Source: Dehalococcoidia bacterium (lineage in GTDB: Bacteria > Chloroflexota > Dehalococcoidia > Plut-88900). Taken from it: DNA of 64,000 nt. Both the position numbers and the translations under genes were made by a program. The first letter of the stretch is position 1. Every line of letters begins with the position of its first letter. Under the pieces are notes generated by a model that saw only the letters and a program-made list of their open reading frames with translations, was not told the DNA's origin and searched no databases. Shown here one piece after another: positions 50,926 through 61,780 of this stretch. The DNA is taken from NCBI GenBank assembly GCA_965197585.1, contig OZ240215.1, positions 1,984,001 to 2,048,000 of the forward strand, given 5' to 3'.

Positions 50926-52434
50926 CTAGACTGCTACGGTCTGTTTGTACTCGTCTATGGCCTTCCTGAGGCCTTCAACAGCCTCATCCCCAAGGTCCTT
51001 GGTCTCGGCGATCTTCTCTACAACCTCGGGGTGGTTGGTCTGCATGAATTTGTGGAAACCGGTCTCAAATTCGGCGACGCTGGCCACGGGCACCTCATCC
51101 ATGAAGCCATTGATGGCGGCATAGATTATGCTCACCTGCTGCTCCAGGGACGCTGGCACATACTGGGCCTGCTTGAGGATTTCGGTGATGCGCTGGCCCC
51201 GTTCGAGCTGGCGTCGTGTGGCGGCATCCAGGTCGGCGGTGCCGAACTGGGCGAAGGCGGCCAATTCTCTGAACTGGGCAAGGTCGAGCCGCAGCCTACC
51301 CGCGACTTTCTTCATCGCTCGGCTCTGGGCCGACCCACCGACACGGGACACCGAGAGTCCCACGTTCATCGCCGGTCTCTGTCCGGAGTTGAAGAGGTCG
51401 GTCTCAAGGTAAATCTGGCCGTCGGTGATGGAGATGACATTGGTGGGAATGTAGGCGGATACGTCACCGGCCTGGGTTTCAATAATGGGGAGTGCCGTCA
51501 GTGACCCGCCTCCCTCAGCATCTTCCAACTTGGCTGCTCTTTCGAGGAGCCGGCTGTGTAGGTAGAAGACATCTCCGGGGTATGCCTCACGACCCGGGGG
51601 CCGGCGAAGGAGGAGGGATATCTGCCGGTAGGCCCAGGCGTGTTTGGACAAGTCGTCGTAAATGATCAGGGCGTCTCTGCCGCTCTCCATGAACTCTTCG
51701 CCGATGGCACAGCCGGCGTAGGGCGCAAGGTACTGGAGGGCAGCTGGGTCGGCGGCGTTGGCAGTTACGACAACGGTGTGCTCCAAGGCTCCATGCTGCT
51801 CGAGAGTGGCAACGGTCTGGGCAACCTTGGCCGCTTTCTGACCGATGGCGACGTAGATGCAGATCAGATTGCCGCCCTTCTGATTGATTATGGTGTCAAT
51901 GGCAATGGCCGACTTGCCAGTGGACCGGTCTCCGATGATCAGCTCCCGCTGGCCGCGACCGATGGGAATCATGGAGTCGATGGCCTTTATTCCCGTCTGG
52001 ACGGGGGTGTCGACCGATTTCCTGAGCACCACGTTGGGGGCGACCCGCTCTACAGGCCTGGTCTTGTTGGTGCTGATCGGGCCCCGGCCGTCGACCGGTT
52101 CACCCAGGGGATTGACCACGCGGCCTATCAGGGCGTCCCCGACAGGGACCTCGGCGATCCGGCCCGTGGACCGGACCTCGTCGCCCTCTTTAATATCGTT
52201 GTAAGCGCCAAGAATAATGGCGCCAACACTCTCCTCTTCGAGGTTCAGGGCCATGCCCGTCACCCCGGTGGGGAATGTGATGAGCTCGTTGGCCTGGACG
52301 CTGGACAGTCCATGGATCCTGGCGATCCCGTCGCCAACCTCTACCACGGTGCCAACGCCGGTCATAGTGACCTGGGCTCCGAACTCTTCTATCTGTCGTT
52401 TGATTATGGACGTTATGTCCTGCGACCCGACCAT
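50926..52434 (-). CDS. atpA: ATP synthase F1 alpha subunit
   Basis: [38 protein letters not shown]. Confidence 0.98.
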   Translation of the reverse strand: MVGSQDITSIIKRQIEEFGAQVTMTGVGTVVEVGDGIARIHGLSSVQANELITFPTGVTGMALNLEEESVGAIILGAYNDIKEGDEVRSTGRIAEVPVGDALIGRVVNPLGEPVDGRGPISTNKTRPVERVAPNVVLRKSVDTPVQTGIKAIDSMIPIGRGQRELIIGDRSTGKSAIAIDTIINQKGGNLICIYVAIGQKAAKVAQTVATLEQHGALEHTVVVTANAADPAALQYLAPYAGCAIGEEFMESGRDALIIYDDLSKHAWAYRQISLLLRRPPGREAYPGDVFYLHSRLLERAAKLEDAEGGGSLTALPIIETQAGDVSAYIPTNVISITDGQIYLETDLFNSGQRPAMNVGLSVSRVGGSAQSRAMKKVAGRLRLDLAQFRELAAFAQFGTADLDAATRRQLERGQRITEILKQAQYVPASLEQQVSIIYAAINGFMDEVPVASVAEFETGFHKFMQTNHPEVVEKIAETKDLGDEAVEGLRKAIDEYKQTVAV

Positions 52435-52495
52435 CGCGCCTCACCTCTAACCCGTTTCATTTTTATTTTAGCCCTTGCGCGTCCGCTCCCGACCT

Positions 52496-53035
52496 CTACA
52501 CCCGCCGCTCGGCAAGGGCGCTTCGCATTGCCGAGAGCTTAGTCCTAGTGCTGCCGTCTATCAGACTGTCCCCGATCTTGATGACGATACCACCCACGAT
52601 ATCCGGGTCCACCCGCGACGTCAGCTTTATCTGCCTTCCGGTAGCTTCCGTCATCTGGTCCGCTATCCGTTTTTCTGCCTCGGCGTCCAGGGCAACGGCG
52701 GTGGTAACCTCCGCATTCCCGACTCCCCGATAGTCGTCCACAAGTTCCCGATACTCCGCGGCGATGCCTTCCGCCAGTGCGACCCGGCCCTTGGATACCA
52801 GAAGGCTGGTCAGGTTCCGGGCGAGGGTATCAAGCCCCGCCAACCGTTGAGCGGCCAACTCCTGCTTTTGGTCGGGCCTGACTTTCGGGCTTTCCAGCAC
52901 CTTGCGGAGGTCCGGGTCACCAAAAGCGGAAGCGAGCTCGGCCAGGTCCTCCTGCCACTTGTCCAGGCTGTCCTGGTCCCGGGCAATCTGGAAAACAGCC
53001 TGGGCATGCCTTCGTGCCGAAGAGCCTGCAGCCAT
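52496..53035 (-). CDS. atpH: ATP synthase F1 delta subunit
   Basis: ARRHAQAVF, VDPDIVGGIVIKIGDSLIDGS. Confidence 0.95.
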   Translation of the reverse strand: MAAGSSARRHAQAVFQIARDQDSLDKWQEDLAELASAFGDPDLRKVLESPKVRPDQKQELAAQRLAGLDTLARNLTSLLVSKGRVALAEGIAAEYRELVDDYRGVGNAEVTTAVALDAEAEKRIADQMTEATGRQIKLTSRVDPDIVGGIVIKIGDSLIDGSTRTKLSAMRSALAERRV

Positions 53036-53038
53036 TTG

Positions 53039-53545
53039 CTAGCTCCCGTCCTTTCGGGAGGAAACGCTTTCCTCCAGAACGTCATCGATCAGCTTGCGGT
53101 GGCGGTCCTCGTCCAACTCGGAGTTGATGACCTTCTCCGCCGCCGAAATGGCGAGTCCTGCGAATTCGCTGCGGACTTTCTCGACAGCGTCATCGCGCTC
53201 ACGAGTGATCTCGCTCCTGGCCCGCACGATCATTGCCTCGCCTTCCTTCTTAGCGTCCTCGCGAGCATCCAGTTTCAGACGCTCCCCCATCTCGGACGCC
53301 TGGCCTATGAGGCGCTGACCTTCTTGTCGGGCCTCACCCAAGGTCTTGCGGACCTCTTCTTCGCTGCGGGTGGACTGGGCCTTGGCGGCCTCAGCAGCCT
53401 CCAGGCTTTCCTTTATCCTGGAAGACCGGTTTTCCAGCAGCCTAAGTATGGGTTTGTAGAGGACCAGGCGCAGGATTATCAGCACCAGGGCGACATTGAT
53501 GATCTGCACCAGAAGCCCCGGCAGGTTGATTCCCAGCTCTCCCAA
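53039..53545 (-). CDS. atpF: ATP synthase Fo b subunit
   Basis: TTG start after AAAGGAG; LGIN...QIIN....L...LYKPI..LLENR followed by a coiled coil. Confidence 0.93.
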   Translation of the reverse strand: MGELGINLPGLLVQIINVALVLIILRLVLYKPILRLLENRSSRIKESLEAAEAAKAQSTRSEEEVRKTLGEARQEGQRLIGQASEMGERLKLDAREDAKKEGEAMIVRARSEITRERDDAVEKVRSEFAGLAISAAEKVINSELDEDRHRKLIDDVLEESVSSRKDGS

Positions 53546-53582
53546 TGGCCTCTCCTTTCGGAAGTTAGTACGTGTGCGCCGC

Positions 53583-53876
<294 letters not shown>

Positions 53877-53947
53877 CTACCGATCTTTTACCGTGTGAGT
53901 CGTCAGAAGCCGTTGTCAGTACAGAGAGCGTTCCTTGAGATTCTCCG

Positions 53948-55219
53948 CTATCGAGCGCTTCCGCTCACCTCTTCCGGGCCCGTTCCTTCCACCTGGGCCG
54001 GTATTCCTGCCTCCGCCTCGGAGTGCTCGTCATGGCCGTGAGCCGTGACTGCTATGACAGCAAACATCAAGGTGAGCACGGCGAAGATGGTGGCCTGGAT
54101 GAACCCGACAAACAGCTCCAACCCGTAGAAAGGCACCGCCAGGCCCAGGGGAATCAGGAACATCATTACGAAAATCAGGATTTCCCCGGCGAACATGTTG
54201 CCAAAAAGCCGGAAGGTGAAGCTGATCAGTCTAGCGATCTCGCTGACGCCTTCCAGCATTCCAACCAACAGGTCTAAGAACCCCGTGCTGATCCCGCGTC
54301 TGAATCCACTCAAATTAATGAATTTGCCGCCGTAGCCTAAGAAGCCGAGAGACCTGATACCCCAGAATTCAATGAAAAACATAGCTATTAAGGCGATGGC
54401 CAGGGTTGTGTTCAGTCCCGTGTTGGCGTTCCTGAACAGCGGTATCAGCAGAGCGACGTTTTGGCCCTCAGGCTGGCCATACTCGATATGGCCGTCCTCG
54501 AAGTGGATGTGATCGTCGGCGTATTCCGCCGCGGACATGCTCTGTTCGAAGAGGGCGAAGGGCATTACCCGGAAGGGGCCGACCTCGTCCCAGACATGGA
54601 AGTCCTTACCTTCCAACTCAGAGTAGATCTGCTTGCCGACGTGGTCGTTGGGGGCCGCGGACCTCTCGGACTCGCCCCAGTCCAGGAAGACTTCGAGTTC
54701 GTGCTCCGCCTCGGTGAGGGTGAGGTGAGGTTCGGCCTCTTCGGCTTTCTCCTCGATGATGTGGTGGACCACTTCCTCCGCCGCCTCCATTCGCCCGACG
54801 GTGCCGAAGCCCGGAACCAGGCTGATCCAGTTATTGATAATTATGAAGATGAAGATGGTGACGACAAGGGGATAGAAGCGCCGGCCGTTTTTTGCTCCGG
54901 CTATCGACTCCACCAGTCCTAGCAGCCAGGATAGCACGGCCTCGACAAGGTTCTGCAGGCCCCGGGGCACCATGCCCAGCTTCCGGGTCGCGAAGTAGGC
55001 GAGAATGAAGATGACGGCGAGACCGACCCAAGAAGAGAGGATGGTGTTGGTGAGGTTGAAGTCGCCGAGAGGGCCGAAGGGGATGAGCTCTTTGCCAAGG
55101 TTCTCGGGCTTGATCTGGATGGCGGGGAAGGGGAAGCGGAGGATCGTGTGACTGATAATAAGAGATAGTATGACCAGGACAAGGGCCAGAAGGACTTTCG
55201 GTTTGCGAAGCAATCCCAC
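53948..55219 (-). CDS. atpB: ATP synthase Fo a subunit with a large insertion
   Basis: VPRGLQNLVE, NTTLAIA, SFTFRLFGNMFAGE, ELFVGFIQA. Confidence 0.93.
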   Translation of the reverse strand: MGLLRKPKVLLALVLVILSLIISHTILRFPFPAIQIKPENLGKELIPFGPLGDFNLTNTILSSWVGLAVIFILAYFATRKLGMVPRGLQNLVEAVLSWLLGLVESIAGAKNGRRFYPLVVTIFIFIIINNWISLVPGFGTVGRMEAAEEVVHHIIEEKAEEAEPHLTLTEAEHELEVFLDWGESERSAAPNDHVGKQIYSELEGKDFHVWDEVGPFRVMPFALFEQSMSAAEYADDHIHFEDGHIEYGQPEGQNVALLIPLFRNANTGLNTTLAIALIAMFFIEFWGIRSLGFLGYGGKFINLSGFRRGISTGFLDLLVGMLEGVSEIARLISFTFRLFGNMFAGEILIFVMMFLIPLGLAVPFYGLELFVGFIQATIFAVLTLMFAVIAVTAHGHDEHSEAEAGIPAQVEGTGPEEVSGSAR

Positions 55220-55452
55220 TAATGGTCTTCCTTGCTGTCGGTATTCCTCTTCAGCAGGGGGGACAGCATCCGGAACATACCCCAGAAAGCCGCCAGTATG
55301 CCCAGAGCCAGTCCTACAAGGGTCAAGATCGGGGCGGTGTCAGCCCAATGATCTATTAGAAGACCGCCTGCCACACCTATCCCGATGGCCGTGACTACAT
55401 ACCAACCCAGGCCCAAAAGCCGCAGAATATCCAGCCACTGCCTTCTGTCCAA
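55219..55452 (-). CDS. AtpZ/AtpI family protein
   Basis: Two-TM protein with G..ID.W..T.P...L.GL.LG at the head of the atp operon. Confidence 0.85.
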   Translation of the reverse strand: MDRRQWLDILRLLGLGWYVVTAIGIGVAGGLLIDHWADTAPILTLVGLALGILAAFWGMFRMLSPLLKRNTDSKEDH

Positions 55453-55470
55453 ATCCCCCTCCCGCTCCGG

Positions 55471-55506
55471 TCGTGCATTATATCACAAAGAAAATTGGAG
55501 AGGCAA
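55471..55506 (-). promoter_or_regulatory. atp operon promoter overlapped by a putative Rex operator
   Basis: Minus strand TTGCCT-18-TATAAT with TG extension; TTGTGAT-ATAA-TGCACGA (55488-55471) resembles the Rex box. Confidence 0.6.
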
Positions 55507-55676
55507 GGCCGGGTGAGACCAAGTTTGGAAAACGAATAGGTTTGGGGGGAGTCGTCCCAAAACTTGTCTTTGATTTGGACCACGTGAGTGACGACAACGC
55601 TACTGGATTCCAGTGTCGGGGCACGGGGATAACACCGAAAATAGGATCACAGGGAGGGGGGATGAGGGGGTGAGGC

Positions 55677-55887
55677 TCATGCGCTGTCAAGGTCTCGTTT
55701 GGGTATTCCCAAGTTGCGGATGATCCTTAGAAGCGTTCCCGGTTTAAATTAGCGATTGCTGTGGCGTGGTATGGGCGATGTGGCTCCCGTCTTGTCGTTC
55801 GCCCATATTTCGTGGCTCCCCCGCGCTTGAGGGACAAACACGCCAACCCAGACGTCGGAGTTTGCGCGTCAACTACCTATGGGTCAA
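55677..55887 (-). pseudogene. hicA: HicA toxin pseudogene
   Basis: Manual translation MTHR*LTRKLRRLG/VFVPQARGSHEIW...IPRHSNR*FKPGTLLRIIRNLGI: GSH motif, 2 stops and 1 frameshift. Confidence 0.8.
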
Positions 55888-56159
55888 ACGGAAATCTCGA
55901 GCACACTTGGCTGGGAAGAACGGTCGGCATCGGTCTCCAAGGGCGTCACACCAGGGGGCAAATCATACCCTCGTTCCTGATAGGTCAGAATGGTGGCCGC
56001 CACAACGCTTTCCAATATGGCGATAGTCTCTTCAGGAGTATCCCCCCATGCGACACAGCTGGGGAAAGACGGGACATCTGCCATGTACTTGTCCGGTTCT
56101 GTTGATTCCGATGGAGAGTACAGGGCACAAAGCAGGCGGTAGCGCTTTTTGCTTGTGAT
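55884..56159 (-). CDS. hicB: HicB family antitoxin (start uncertain)
   Basis: Y.ADVPSFPSCVAWGDTPEE....LE......I..Y.E.G..LP HicB pattern. Confidence 0.75.
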   Translation of the reverse strand: MTSKKRYRLLCALYSPSESTEPDKYMADVPSFPSCVAWGDTPEETIAILESVVAATILTYQERGYDLPPGVTPLETDADRSSQPSVLEISV

Positions 56160-56294
56160 CACCTCAGACCTCCCGGCTCGGGCAATAGAGAAACCGGTTC
56201 GTGACGCAAGAATTCCGCAATATCCGCGGGATGGTCGAGGAGGGCTCGCCCAGAGTGTTATGCAAACGGGGGGGGTCAAGGGAGGGAGGAAGGC

Positions 56295-56846
56295 CTATTC
56301 GGACTCTGCCGACTTCTTTTTGCCGAAGTCTTCCAGGTCCAGGTTGTCCACGAATTCCCGGAACGCCGAGAGTCGCTTCAGCTCTGCCTCATCGACGGGT
56401 TTTATGTCCGCAGCGTCGGCGGCGATGATCGGTTTGCCCGTCTCCTTGTCCAGGATGACCCCGGCCTTCTCCAGAACGATCTCCTCCACGAAGATAGGGG
56501 CTTTGACCCGGACTGCGAGGGCGAGGGCGTCGCTGGGGCGAGAGTCTATTTCAACCGTCTTGCCGTTGCTTTCGAGCATAATCTTGGCGAAGAATGTCTC
56601 GTTGTTCAGGTCTGAGACGACAATCGAGTTGACTGCCGCGCCCAAGTCCCCGATGACCGACTGCAGCAAGTCGTGGGTCAAAGGCCGGGGCACGGACACG
56701 TCCTGAAGTTTCACGGCAATAGCGTCTGCCTCGGCGGGGCCGATCCATATGGGAAGGTAACGGTCTGCGTCCTTCTCCTTAAGGATGACCACCCGCTGAT
56801 AGTTCATCAGGCTGACGCGGATGCTTTCTATGGTGACTTCAAGCAT
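56295..56846 (-). CDS. Bifunctional nuclease family protein (DUF151)
   Basis: YLPIWIG..EA.AI, PRPLTHDLL, IDSRPSDALALA. Confidence 0.93.
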   Translation of the reverse strand: MLEVTIESIRVSLMNYQRVVILKEKDADRYLPIWIGPAEADAIAVKLQDVSVPRPLTHDLLQSVIGDLGAAVNSIVVSDLNNETFFAKIMLESNGKTVEIDSRPSDALALAVRVKAPIFVEEIVLEKAGVILDKETGKPIIAADAADIKPVDEAELKRLSAFREFVDNLDLEDFGKKKSAESE

Positions 56847-56914
56847 GGTATGGCTCTTCGCAACGGGGGCTATGAGTCCATTCTAGCCTACGCAATTTTT
56901 GGGTGTCAAACGAC

Positions 56915-58075
56915 TTACGGAGCACCCAACCCGAGAAACTTGCCAAGGACCTCGTCCGTATCCCCTCCGTGAAGGGGCGCGGCTCCCGTGACATCGGCTT
57001 GGGTGCGGGAAAATCTGATGGGGTTGTTTACCATCTTTACCGTACCTGACTCTGGGTGGGGCACGTCGATAATCATGCAGCGCGCCTTAGTATGCTCGTC
57101 GGCGACAACGTCGGCGATGTTGTTCACGGGGCCGCAGGGGATTTGGGCCTCGGTGAGTTCTTGGAGCCACTGGGCCGTCGATTTCCTGCGCATCCCCTCT
57201 TCGATTATGGGGTTCAGGTCATCATAGTTGAGGGTGCGGTTCCAGCTGGTGGTAAATCTCTCATCGTCGATGAGGTCCACCCGGTCGAGGAGGGCGCAGA
57301 AAATTGGCCACTGGTCCTTGGCCCCGCCGACAAATGCGAGAGCTACATATCCATCGCTGGTCGCGTACACCTGGAAGGGAGTCGTGACCGGGTGCCGGGT
57401 GCCGATGGGCGTGGGCACCTCACCGGTGGCGAAATAGCGGGCGAATGCGTTTTCCAACACGGCCATCTGGCAGTCGAGCATCGCCACGTCGATCATCTGG
57501 CCGACGCCGCTCCGGTCTCGTTCGTGGAGGGCAGACAGGATTCCGATGGTGGTGAAGAGGCCTGCCGTGATGTCGCCGAGAGAGGAGCCGGGCCTGACCG
57601 GCGGGCGTCCGGGCTCGCCGGTGATACTCATTATCCCACCCATCGCTTGAACTATTATGTCTAGTGCTGGGCGTTTTGTGTAGGGCCCCCACTGCCCGAA
57701 CCCCGAGACTGCCGCATAAATCAGCCTCGGATGCCGCTTGCTCAAAACTTCGTAGTCGAGGCCGAGGCGTTTCATCACGCCGGGGACAAAGTTCTCTACG
57801 AGCACGTCGAAGTGGTCGACCAATTCTAGAAATGTCTGTTTGTCCCCTTCGTCCTTGAGGTCCAGGATGACGCTCTTCTTGCCTCGGTTGATGCTCATGA
57901 AATAGGAGCTTTGGCCGTCTACGAAGGGCCCCGTGCCCCGGGCCATGTCTCCGCCCTCGGGGCGCTCAACTTTGATGACCTCCGCTCCGAGATCGGACAT
58001 GACCATTGTTGCGTAGGGCCCGGCGAGCACCCTGGTAAGGTCGAGAACTTTCACACCATCTAGTGGACCGGCCAA
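56915..58075 (-). CDS. CaiB/BaiF CoA-transferase
   Basis: GPLDGVKVLDLTRVLAGP, LGDITAG, GQMIDVAMLD. Confidence 0.92.
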   Translation of the reverse strand: MAGPLDGVKVLDLTRVLAGPYATMVMSDLGAEVIKVERPEGGDMARGTGPFVDGQSSYFMSINRGKKSVILDLKDEGDKQTFLELVDHFDVLVENFVPGVMKRLGLDYEVLSKRHPRLIYAAVSGFGQWGPYTKRPALDIIVQAMGGIMSITGEPGRPPVRPGSSLGDITAGLFTTIGILSALHERDRSGVGQMIDVAMLDCQMAVLENAFARYFATGEVPTPIGTRHPVTTPFQVYATSDGYVALAFVGGAKDQWPIFCALLDRVDLIDDERFTTSWNRTLNYDDLNPIIEEGMRRKSTAQWLQELTEAQIPCGPVNNIADVVADEHTKARCMIIDVPHPESGTVKMVNNPIRFSRTQADVTGAAPLHGGDTDEVLGKFLGLGAP

Positions 58076-58169
58076 ATCGTCCTCCTCCGGGGAGTCTGCA
58101 CTCCCGAATAAGTCACGGACAAAGAAAGTTTACTACAGGGGTGTCGGGGCGCGGGATGGATGCAACCCT

Positions 58170-59459
58170 TTATTCGTCCCCGACGAGTTGGAGAAGGTCC
58201 TCATAGCTGGAGACCCGTGACATGGTTTCGATGAACTCCTTGAGCGTGTCGCTTTGCTCACGCACTTGCTGCACCTGATCGCCGATGGGGCTTACGGCAG
58301 TCGGACGGTCGGCATAGGAGCCGTGGAAAGCAAAATAGGCCTGGTTCAGCTTACGGAGAAAGTAGCCGTTGTTGGCAAAGACCAGCCGACGAGCCTCCAT
58401 GTAGGATTCCGCTTCCTCGATTTCCCCTTCGGCCAGAAGGCGGTCGGCCTCAAGCCGGGTCTCCCGCATCTCACGGTTGAAGCCGAAGACTGGGGGGTCG
58501 GGTGCAGGGGTGGGAGAGGCTCCTGGCTCGGGGGTGGGGGGTGGGGGCTGTGGGGTGTCTTCCATGTAATATCTTTCGTAGACGGCGTTACCGACTTCGT
58601 CCCCCGCGATGTTCGCGACGGTCTCGTTGATCGTGACCATCTCGCCGGACGACCAGTAGTTCCGACCCAGGGGATAGAAAACAAGGTAGTGATGGAACCA
58701 TTCATGCGCCACGGTGCGGAGCGTGTACTGGACGTTGGATGAAGCTTCGACGACGGCGGGGAATGTAGCTACGCCTCCTGTATCGATCACCAGGACGGAG
58801 TAGTCGTCATCCAAGCCCTCAACGTCCTCTTCTATAATCTCCCTTTCCACAACACCAAGCCCGGGCGTCAAGAGACGCGTCGACTCCAGCTCAATGCGGT
58901 CCCTGGGCGAGATGACGAGGACGGGTGGCGAGCTTTCGTACTTGAAATCCACGGGCGGAAAAAGGTAACCGTCCGCGTCCAGGAACCCTACGCGCCAGGA
59001 CATGCCTTCCTCGGCAAGGATACCGCTTATCTGCCCCTCTATAAGCTCTTCCACCCGATACTGGATATCCAGCCTCTGGATATCCACCTCTTCCCGCTCT
59101 TCTTCCAGGTCGGATACCTGTTCGCCGAGGGACACAGCCCGGTTTATTGCCCCTTCTATCCGATTGATCTCTCTGGTCAGTCGGGCGTATTCCCGGACCT
59201 CCGCGATGGCGTCCTCTTTGGACAATCCCTCATCGAAGAACGAGGCAGTCATTGAGAGCCACTTATCGAAGAAATTCCTCAGCTCCCAGGCAACAACATC
59301 GTGGTCATGGCCGTGGATCGCGCTCCCGATGCGGTCTCGGGTCTGGGGAGAGGAGGACGACAGCAGAACCAATGCAAACAAGATCAGGCAGACGGCCGAT
59401 AGCCGGGTCCGTCTGTTGCGCAAAAGGAGCTTGGCAGAATATCCCAATTTGGTAAGCAT
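58170..59459 (-). CDS. Membrane-anchored hypothetical protein with an HEXXH zinc-peptidase motif
   Basis: N-terminal TM; TVAHEWFHHYL...NETVA gluzincin-like motif. Confidence 0.6.
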   Translation of the reverse strand: MLTKLGYSAKLLLRNRRTRLSAVCLILFALVLLSSSSPQTRDRIGSAIHGHDHDVVAWELRNFFDKWLSMTASFFDEGLSKEDAIAEVREYARLTREINRIEGAINRAVSLGEQVSDLEEEREEVDIQRLDIQYRVEELIEGQISGILAEEGMSWRVGFLDADGYLFPPVDFKYESSPPVLVISPRDRIELESTRLLTPGLGVVEREIIEEDVEGLDDDYSVLVIDTGGVATFPAVVEASSNVQYTLRTVAHEWFHHYLVFYPLGRNYWSSGEMVTINETVANIAGDEVGNAVYERYYMEDTPQPPPPTPEPGASPTPAPDPPVFGFNREMRETRLEADRLLAEGEIEEAESYMEARRLVFANNGYFLRKLNQAYFAFHGSYADRPTAVSPIGDQVQQVREQSDTLKEFIETMSRVSSYEDLLQLVGDE

Positions 59460-59609
59460 GGTCCCGCCCGGGCCAAGGGTGTTCGGCCCCTCTTCAGGAT
59501 AGCACCCCGATGCCTGTCTCTCCGACCTACGGGGCGGGCTGTTGCAGGGGTGCCGTACTTTTCCATACAATGACCTTGTTTTACAGATCAGGGGGAGGTC
59601 TGAGCAGTT

Positions 59610-61673
59610 ATGCAGAGCTACAAGTCCGAGTCAATCAGAAACGTGGCGCTCCTTTCCCACAGCAAGGCAGGCAAGACATCACTGTCCGAGGCCATACTCT
59701 TCAACGCTGGGCACACTACCCGGTTGGGCAGGGTTGAAGACGGGAACACCACTTCCGACTACGAGCCGGAGGAGGTGAACCGGGGAGGAAGCATCCAGCT
59801 GACCCTCCTTCCCTATGAATGGAACGGCACGAAGGTCAACCTGATAGACACGCCGGGCTATGCTGACTTCTTCGGGGAGGTGGTAGCCGCCCTGAAGGTA
59901 GCCGACTCCGCTCTGCTGGTGGTCTGCGCAGCCTCCGGCATAGAGGTCGGGACCGAGCTTATGTGGGGGGAAATCTCCGCCCGCGAACTCCCGGCGATGA
60001 TACTGCTGAACAAGATGGACCGGGAAAATGCAGACTTTGCAGCCGTACTGGAACGGATTAAGGATGAGTTTGGCCGACAGTGCGTGGCCATCCAGCTTCC
60101 CATCGGTGCAGAGTCAGATTTCAAAGGCGTGATAGACCTCATAACCATGAAGGCCAAGGGGCCTGACGACCAGGACATAGAAATTCCCGCCGACCTGGCC
60201 GACCAGGTCCGGGTCCTCCGGGACGCCATGGCCGAGGCCGTAGCCGAGTGCGATGACGACCTAACCATGAAGTACCTGGAGGGAGAGGAGCTGACGGAAG
60301 AGGAGCTGGTGCAAGGCCTCGCTGAAGGGCTGAAGTCAGGGGCCATAGTCCCGGTTATGGCGGCTGCGGCCCAGTCCAACACCTGTGTGAAGGCGATAAT
60401 GGACAACATCAGCGCCTACATGCCCTCCCCCATCGAAAAGGGGGGTGTGACCGCCAAGGACCTCGTGTCCGAGGAAACGATCTCCCTTAACGGCGGCGGT
60501 AACAGTCCGCTTGCCGCCTTCGTATTCAAGACCTCCGCCGACCCATTCGTAGGCAAACTGTCCTATTTCCGGGTGTACTCCGACACCCTTCACAGCGACT
60601 CCCAGGTCTGGAACTCGGGCAAGAACTCCGGCGAGAAGATAAGCCAACTCTTCATGGCCAGGGGCAAATCCCAGGAGAACGTGACCGAGGTAGTCACAGG
60701 GGACATCGGCTCGGTGGCGAAGCTGTCGGCAACGAGCAGCGGCGACACGTTGTGCAACCGAGACAGGCCCTTGGACCTCGGCAGAATCGACTTCCCATCC
60801 TCCCCCCTTTCCGTTGCTGTGATGGCCAAGTCCAAGTCGGACATCGACAAGCTGGGCTCCTCCCTCGCCCGCCTGGTGGAAGAAGACCCGACTCTGAAGC
60901 TCGGAATCGATCCCGACACCGGACAGATGCTGCTGTGGGGAATGGGCGAGGCCCATATCGACACCACGCTGCAGAAGCTGGACCGGAAGTTCTCGGTAGA
61001 GGTGGTCACCGAGATACCCCGGATACCGTACAAGGAAACCATCACCATGCCCATCAAGTCCGAGTACAAGCACAAGAAGCAGACCGGTGGGCACGGGCAG
61101 TACGGGCACGTGAAGATACAGTTGGAGCCCATGCCGCCGGGATCCGGGATAGAGTTTGCGCAGAAGGTAGTCGGGGGCAACGTGCCGAAGAACTACATAC
61201 CGGCAGTTGAGAAGGGCGTTATGGAAGCGGCGCAGGGTGGCGTGCTCACCGACTTCCCAATGGTCGACGTGAAGGTGACCCTGTACGACGGCAGCTCCCA
61301 TCCCGTGGACTCATCCGACATGTCCTTTAAGATAGCCGGGGCACAGGCCTTCAGAAAAGGAGCGACCCAGGGCAACCCCGCCCTCCTGGAACCGGTGATG
61401 CACGTGAAGATCACCGTCCCTGACACTTACACGGGAGACGTTATAGGCGACCTGAACACGAAGCGGGGCCGAGTGCTGGGGATGGAGCCGTTGAACGGGA
61501 AGACGGTGATCGAAGCGGAAGTCCCGCAGGCCGAGATAGTCCGCTACGCCGTGGACCTGAGATCGATTACCCAGGGGCGCGGGACCTACGCCACGGAGTT
61601 CGCGCACTACGACGAGCTGCCCGCTCACCTGACTCAGAGAATCGTCGAGAAGATACAGAAGGAGAGCGGGTAA
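59610..61673 (+). CDS. Elongation factor G paralog (EF-G2-like)
   Basis: Full EF-G architecture (DTPG, NKMDRE, KKQTGGHGQYG, DGSSHPVDSS) with divergent G1 (SHSKAGKTS) and switch I (RGGSI). Confidence 0.9.
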   Translation: MQSYKSESIRNVALLSHSKAGKTSLSEAILFNAGHTTRLGRVEDGNTTSDYEPEEVNRGGSIQLTLLPYEWNGTKVNLIDTPGYADFFGEVVAALKVADSALLVVCAASGIEVGTELMWGEISARELPAMILLNKMDRENADFAAVLERIKDEFGRQCVAIQLPIGAESDFKGVIDLITMKAKGPDDQDIEIPADLADQVRVLRDAMAEAVAECDDDLTMKYLEGEELTEEELVQGLAEGLKSGAIVPVMAAAAQSNTCVKAIMDNISAYMPSPIEKGGVTAKDLVSEETISLNGGGNSPLAAFVFKTSADPFVGKLSYFRVYSDTLHSDSQVWNSGKNSGEKISQLFMARGKSQENVTEVVTGDIGSVAKLSATSSGDTLCNRDRPLDLGRIDFPSSPLSVAVMAKSKSDIDKLGSSLARLVEEDPTLKLGIDPDTGQMLLWGMGEAHIDTTLQKLDRKFSVEVVTEIPRIPYKETITMPIKSEYKHKKQTGGHGQYGHVKIQLEPMPPGSGIEFAQKVVGGNVPKNYIPAVEKGVMEAAQGGVLTDFPMVDVKVTLYDGSSHPVDSSDMSFKIAGAQAFRKGATQGNPALLEPVMHVKITVPDTYTGDVIGDLNTKRGRVLGMEPLNGKTVIEAEVPQAEIVRYAVDLRSITQGRGTYATEFAHYDELPAHLTQRIVEKIQKESG

Positions 61674-61720
61674 CGGGCGGCAGTACGGGGACAGTAACTC
61701 TCCTACATGTAATTCAAGTA

Positions 61721-61753
61721 AAGAGGCCGACACGCTAAGCGTGTCGGCCTCTT
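61721..61753. terminator. Bidirectional terminator hairpin
   Basis: AAGAGGCCGACACGC-taa-GCGTGTCGGCCTCTT between convergent genes. Confidence 0.75.
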
Positions 61754-61780
61754 CTTGTGTTCGGAGGTGGCGGGAATAGC

